This document shows, piece by piece, positions 5,195-7,356 of a DNA stretch of 7,356 bases (positions are counted from its first letter, which is position 1; every line of letters starts with the position of its first letter). A model generated the notes under the pieces. It was not told where the DNA came from, did not search any database, and saw only the letters and a list, made by a program, of their open reading frames with translations. The stretch comes from Promethearchaeia archaeon (GTDB lineage: Archaea; Asgardarchaeota; Lokiarchaeia; Sigyniarchaeales; SOKP01), in the NCBI GenBank assembly GCA_046497275.1, contig JAWOFX010000122.1, positions 1 to 7,356 on the forward strand, given 5' to 3'. A program made the position numbers and the translations under genes.

Positions 5195-7356
5195 ATGATA
5201 AAATCGAAACGATCTCTGATTTTCATATTCTTTATTTCGATATTATTGACCCTGAATATACTTTTTACTGTGATTGCGTTTCAATTATTTCCTAGTTATG
5301 GTGGCTTTAATCGGCAAATCCTTTTTATCAAACCTAATGATAATACTAACCAAGAGGGATATTTCATTATGCTTGATGAATTGAGTCCAAAAGCACAGAA
5401 ATTTGACATTGATTGGTTATTGCATAGTAGAGGAGACCTTAAAATAGCTGATGATAAACAATCAGTATCGTTTAATGTCCAAAGTTATCTTTCAAATGAT
5501 AATGTCACTTTAAATGCAACCTTCTTGGAAGAAATAGACGATATCTCAAGTGATGAGGGGATTTTTTGTCCAAAAAATTATGATGAGGGAAATAATTATG
5601 TTGACATTGATACTACATACATTAAAGCTCGGTATTCGGGATCGAAGAATCCCTTAATGGCAACAGTTTTGTATCCGAAAAATGATTCCGATTCCAGTCA
5701 ACAAATCCCCGAAATTATTAGTCTGAGTAATGGATTAAAAAAAATTCGTGAACATGATTTTTTATTCTATCAGAATACGCGGTCCTTAGTGCAGTTTATT
5801 AGTCCAGATATCGAATTTAATGGGGAATTGTTTTTCATACGAAGAAATGCGACTGATTCAACGAAGATCGCATATTGCTTTCTCCAAGAAGCCAACTATT
5901 TAAAATTCGATAATAACGTAACATTCCAATCCTCAACTCCAGTAGATAATATTTTAATAACCTATTCCAATAATTCCCAAATTTCTGGATATATCAACAG
6001 CCAAAATGTTAAAGTACAGATTTATAGTCCATTTACACCTGAAATGATAAGGATTAATGGGATTAATTCATCAATATCTTATTCTGAAAATATTGTTACT
6101 TTATCTGTGAATGATTCTTGCTCGTTTGTAATAAGCGATTCAGATGAATATTATAATCCAGAGAAAAATGAATTAACTTCCTCCACGGTAATGCTGTCTA
6201 TGCCAACAAAGGATATATGGGGTATTGATATGGATGTATTTACAGACTTGACCCATCCCTATATTTTATATAATAGTACTGAGTTGGAAGAGATAAGAAC
6301 TAAGATCTCAGATCCCAATAAACCATGGTATAATTGGACAAATGATTATATTGGGGATATATCAATAGAATTATCTCGTGATCCTGACTTTTATGAAGAT
6401 GATCAAAGAAGGCATGCTGTTTATAAATTAGCGCTTAGTTTTGCGTTTGATAATAATGCAAGCGTGTTAAATAAACTGAAAGAATATCTACTTGATATGG
6501 GTTCTATTACACATTATTCTGCAGATTTAAGAAGGGCGAAAAGCGTTGAAGCATATGCGATTGCTTTCGATATGATATACCAAAATCTTAGCTCCAATGA
6601 ACAAAACAATATATACAATTTGCTTTACGAACATACTGAACCCTTAAAGCGAATGGATTTATATCATCGCAATAATCATCGGGTTGTTGATGCGGGTGCT
6701 TTAGGTTTGTCTGGATTAGTGCTTCAAGATGAAGAAATGATTAATATCGCCACGGAAACATGTCTTGATTACTATTATAATCAGAATCCCGCTGATGGAG
6801 GGTCATTTGAAGGATATTCATATATGGCTTTTGCTTTCTTTCATATGAGTCAGTTCAATACTGGATTAAAGAGATTAGGTGCGTTTAATTTCTACGAGGA
6901 TCCGAAAATTCTGGCATCTTATGATTATATGGCAGAAACCTTAGGACCATTAGGAATGCCTGGAAGTTTTGAGGATTGCACATTTGATAAAGATATTCAA
7001 GAGGTACTTTTATTTACCGCGGCACAAGTGAATGAGAGTTATCCCGAGAAAGCAGAGAAATATCAATATATTTGGGAACAGAGACAGAATAATTCCCAAT
7101 ACGAGAGTACATCTGATTTTGGATATTTATTAGGAGGTCAGCCTTCATTCCATAGAATTCTCTTATATAATTTAAATGATACAATTCAAGGTAAACCATT
7201 TGAAAGTCGTCGAGAAGTATGGAAAGAATCATCTATGGCATATTTACGATCGGGTGATGAGGAGGGATTATTTATGCCTTTCAGTTGTAAGAATTACGAT
7301 CAAAACCATCCCCATCAAGATGAAAATAGTTTTGAATTATGGGCATATGGAGCATA
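5195..7356 (+). CDS. Membrane-anchored or secreted heparinase II/III-like (DUF4962/alginate-lyase-type) polysaccharide lyase, 3'-truncated by the window edge
   Basis: Manual translation from ATG 5195 gives 720 codons with no stop. It begins MIKSKR followed by a hydrophobic stretch (aa8-32). Family motifs: HPYILY (354), NNH (493-495), DGGSFEGYSY (534-543), and LRSG...HPHQDENSFELWAYG (705-719), which matches the HxHxDxNSF signature of Hepar_II_III domains. Substrate and PL family cannot be assigned by eye. Confidence 0.85.
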   Translation, partial: MIKSKRSLIFIFFISILLTLNILFTVIAFQLFPSYGGFNRQILFIKPNDNTNQEGYFIMLDELSPKAQKFDIDWLLHSRGDLKIADDKQSVSFNVQSYLSNDNVTLNATFLEEIDDISSDEGIFCPKNYDEGNNYVDIDTTYIKARYSGSKNPLMATVLYPKNDSDSSQQIPEIISLSNGLKKIREHDFLFYQNTRSLVQFISPDIEFNGELFFIRRNATDSTKIAYCFLQEANYLKFDNNVTFQSSTPVDNILITYSNNSQISGYINSQNVKVQIYSPFTPEMIRINGINSSISYSENIVTLSVNDSCSFVISDSDEYYNPEKNELTSSTVMLSMPTKDIWGIDMDVFTDLTHPYILYNSTELEEIRTKISDPNKPWYNWTNDYIGDISIELSRDPDFYEDDQRRHAVYKLALSFAFDNNASVLNKLKEYLLDMGSITHYSADLRRAKSVEAYAIAFDMIYQNLSSNEQNNIYNLLYEHTEPLKRMDLYHRNNHRVVDAGALGLSGLVLQDEEMINIATETCLDYYYNQNPADGGSFEGYSYMAFAFFHMSQFNTGLKRLGAFNFYEDPKILASYDYMAETLGPLGMPGSFEDCTFDKDIQEVLLFTAAQVNESYPEKAEKYQYIWEQRQNNSQYESTSDFGYLLGGQPSFHRILLYNLNDTIQGKPFESRREVWKESSMAYLRSGDEEGLFMPFSCKNYDQNHPHQDENSFELWAYGA

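Noticed and set aside
7014-7232. 72-aa minus-strand ORF
   Set aside because: Antisense to the long lyase ORF that the track missed because it has no stop in the window.

Overview
AT-rich, archaeal-looking window. An Asgard/Lokiarchaeia-like origin is my inference from gene content, codon style and promoter style; it is not proven. It holds four genes in two divergent units separated by a 518-bp AT-rich spacer (3914-4431). Minus strand: a 1163-aa fusion of two different HdrA-type flavoprotein modules, a C-terminal 2x[4Fe-4S] ferredoxin and an MvhD domain (422-3913). It is followed 2 nt later by hdrC (starts at 419, runs off the left edge, missing from the ORF track). Plus strand: an MglA/CvnD-like small GTPase with a C-terminal winged-helix-like extension (4432-5112). 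After it comes a membrane-anchored or secreted heparinase II/III-like polysaccharide lyase of more than 720 aa (starts at 5195, runs off the right edge, also missing from the ORF track). Most notable: (1) the lyase appears circularly permuted, with its normally C-terminal beta region at the N-terminus; (2) the GTPase has Leu at the switch-II catalytic Gln position and is fused to a probable DNA-binding domain; (3) the two HdrA modules differ in flavin-site and Fe-S ligand residues. All motif assignments were made by eye, with no database searches.
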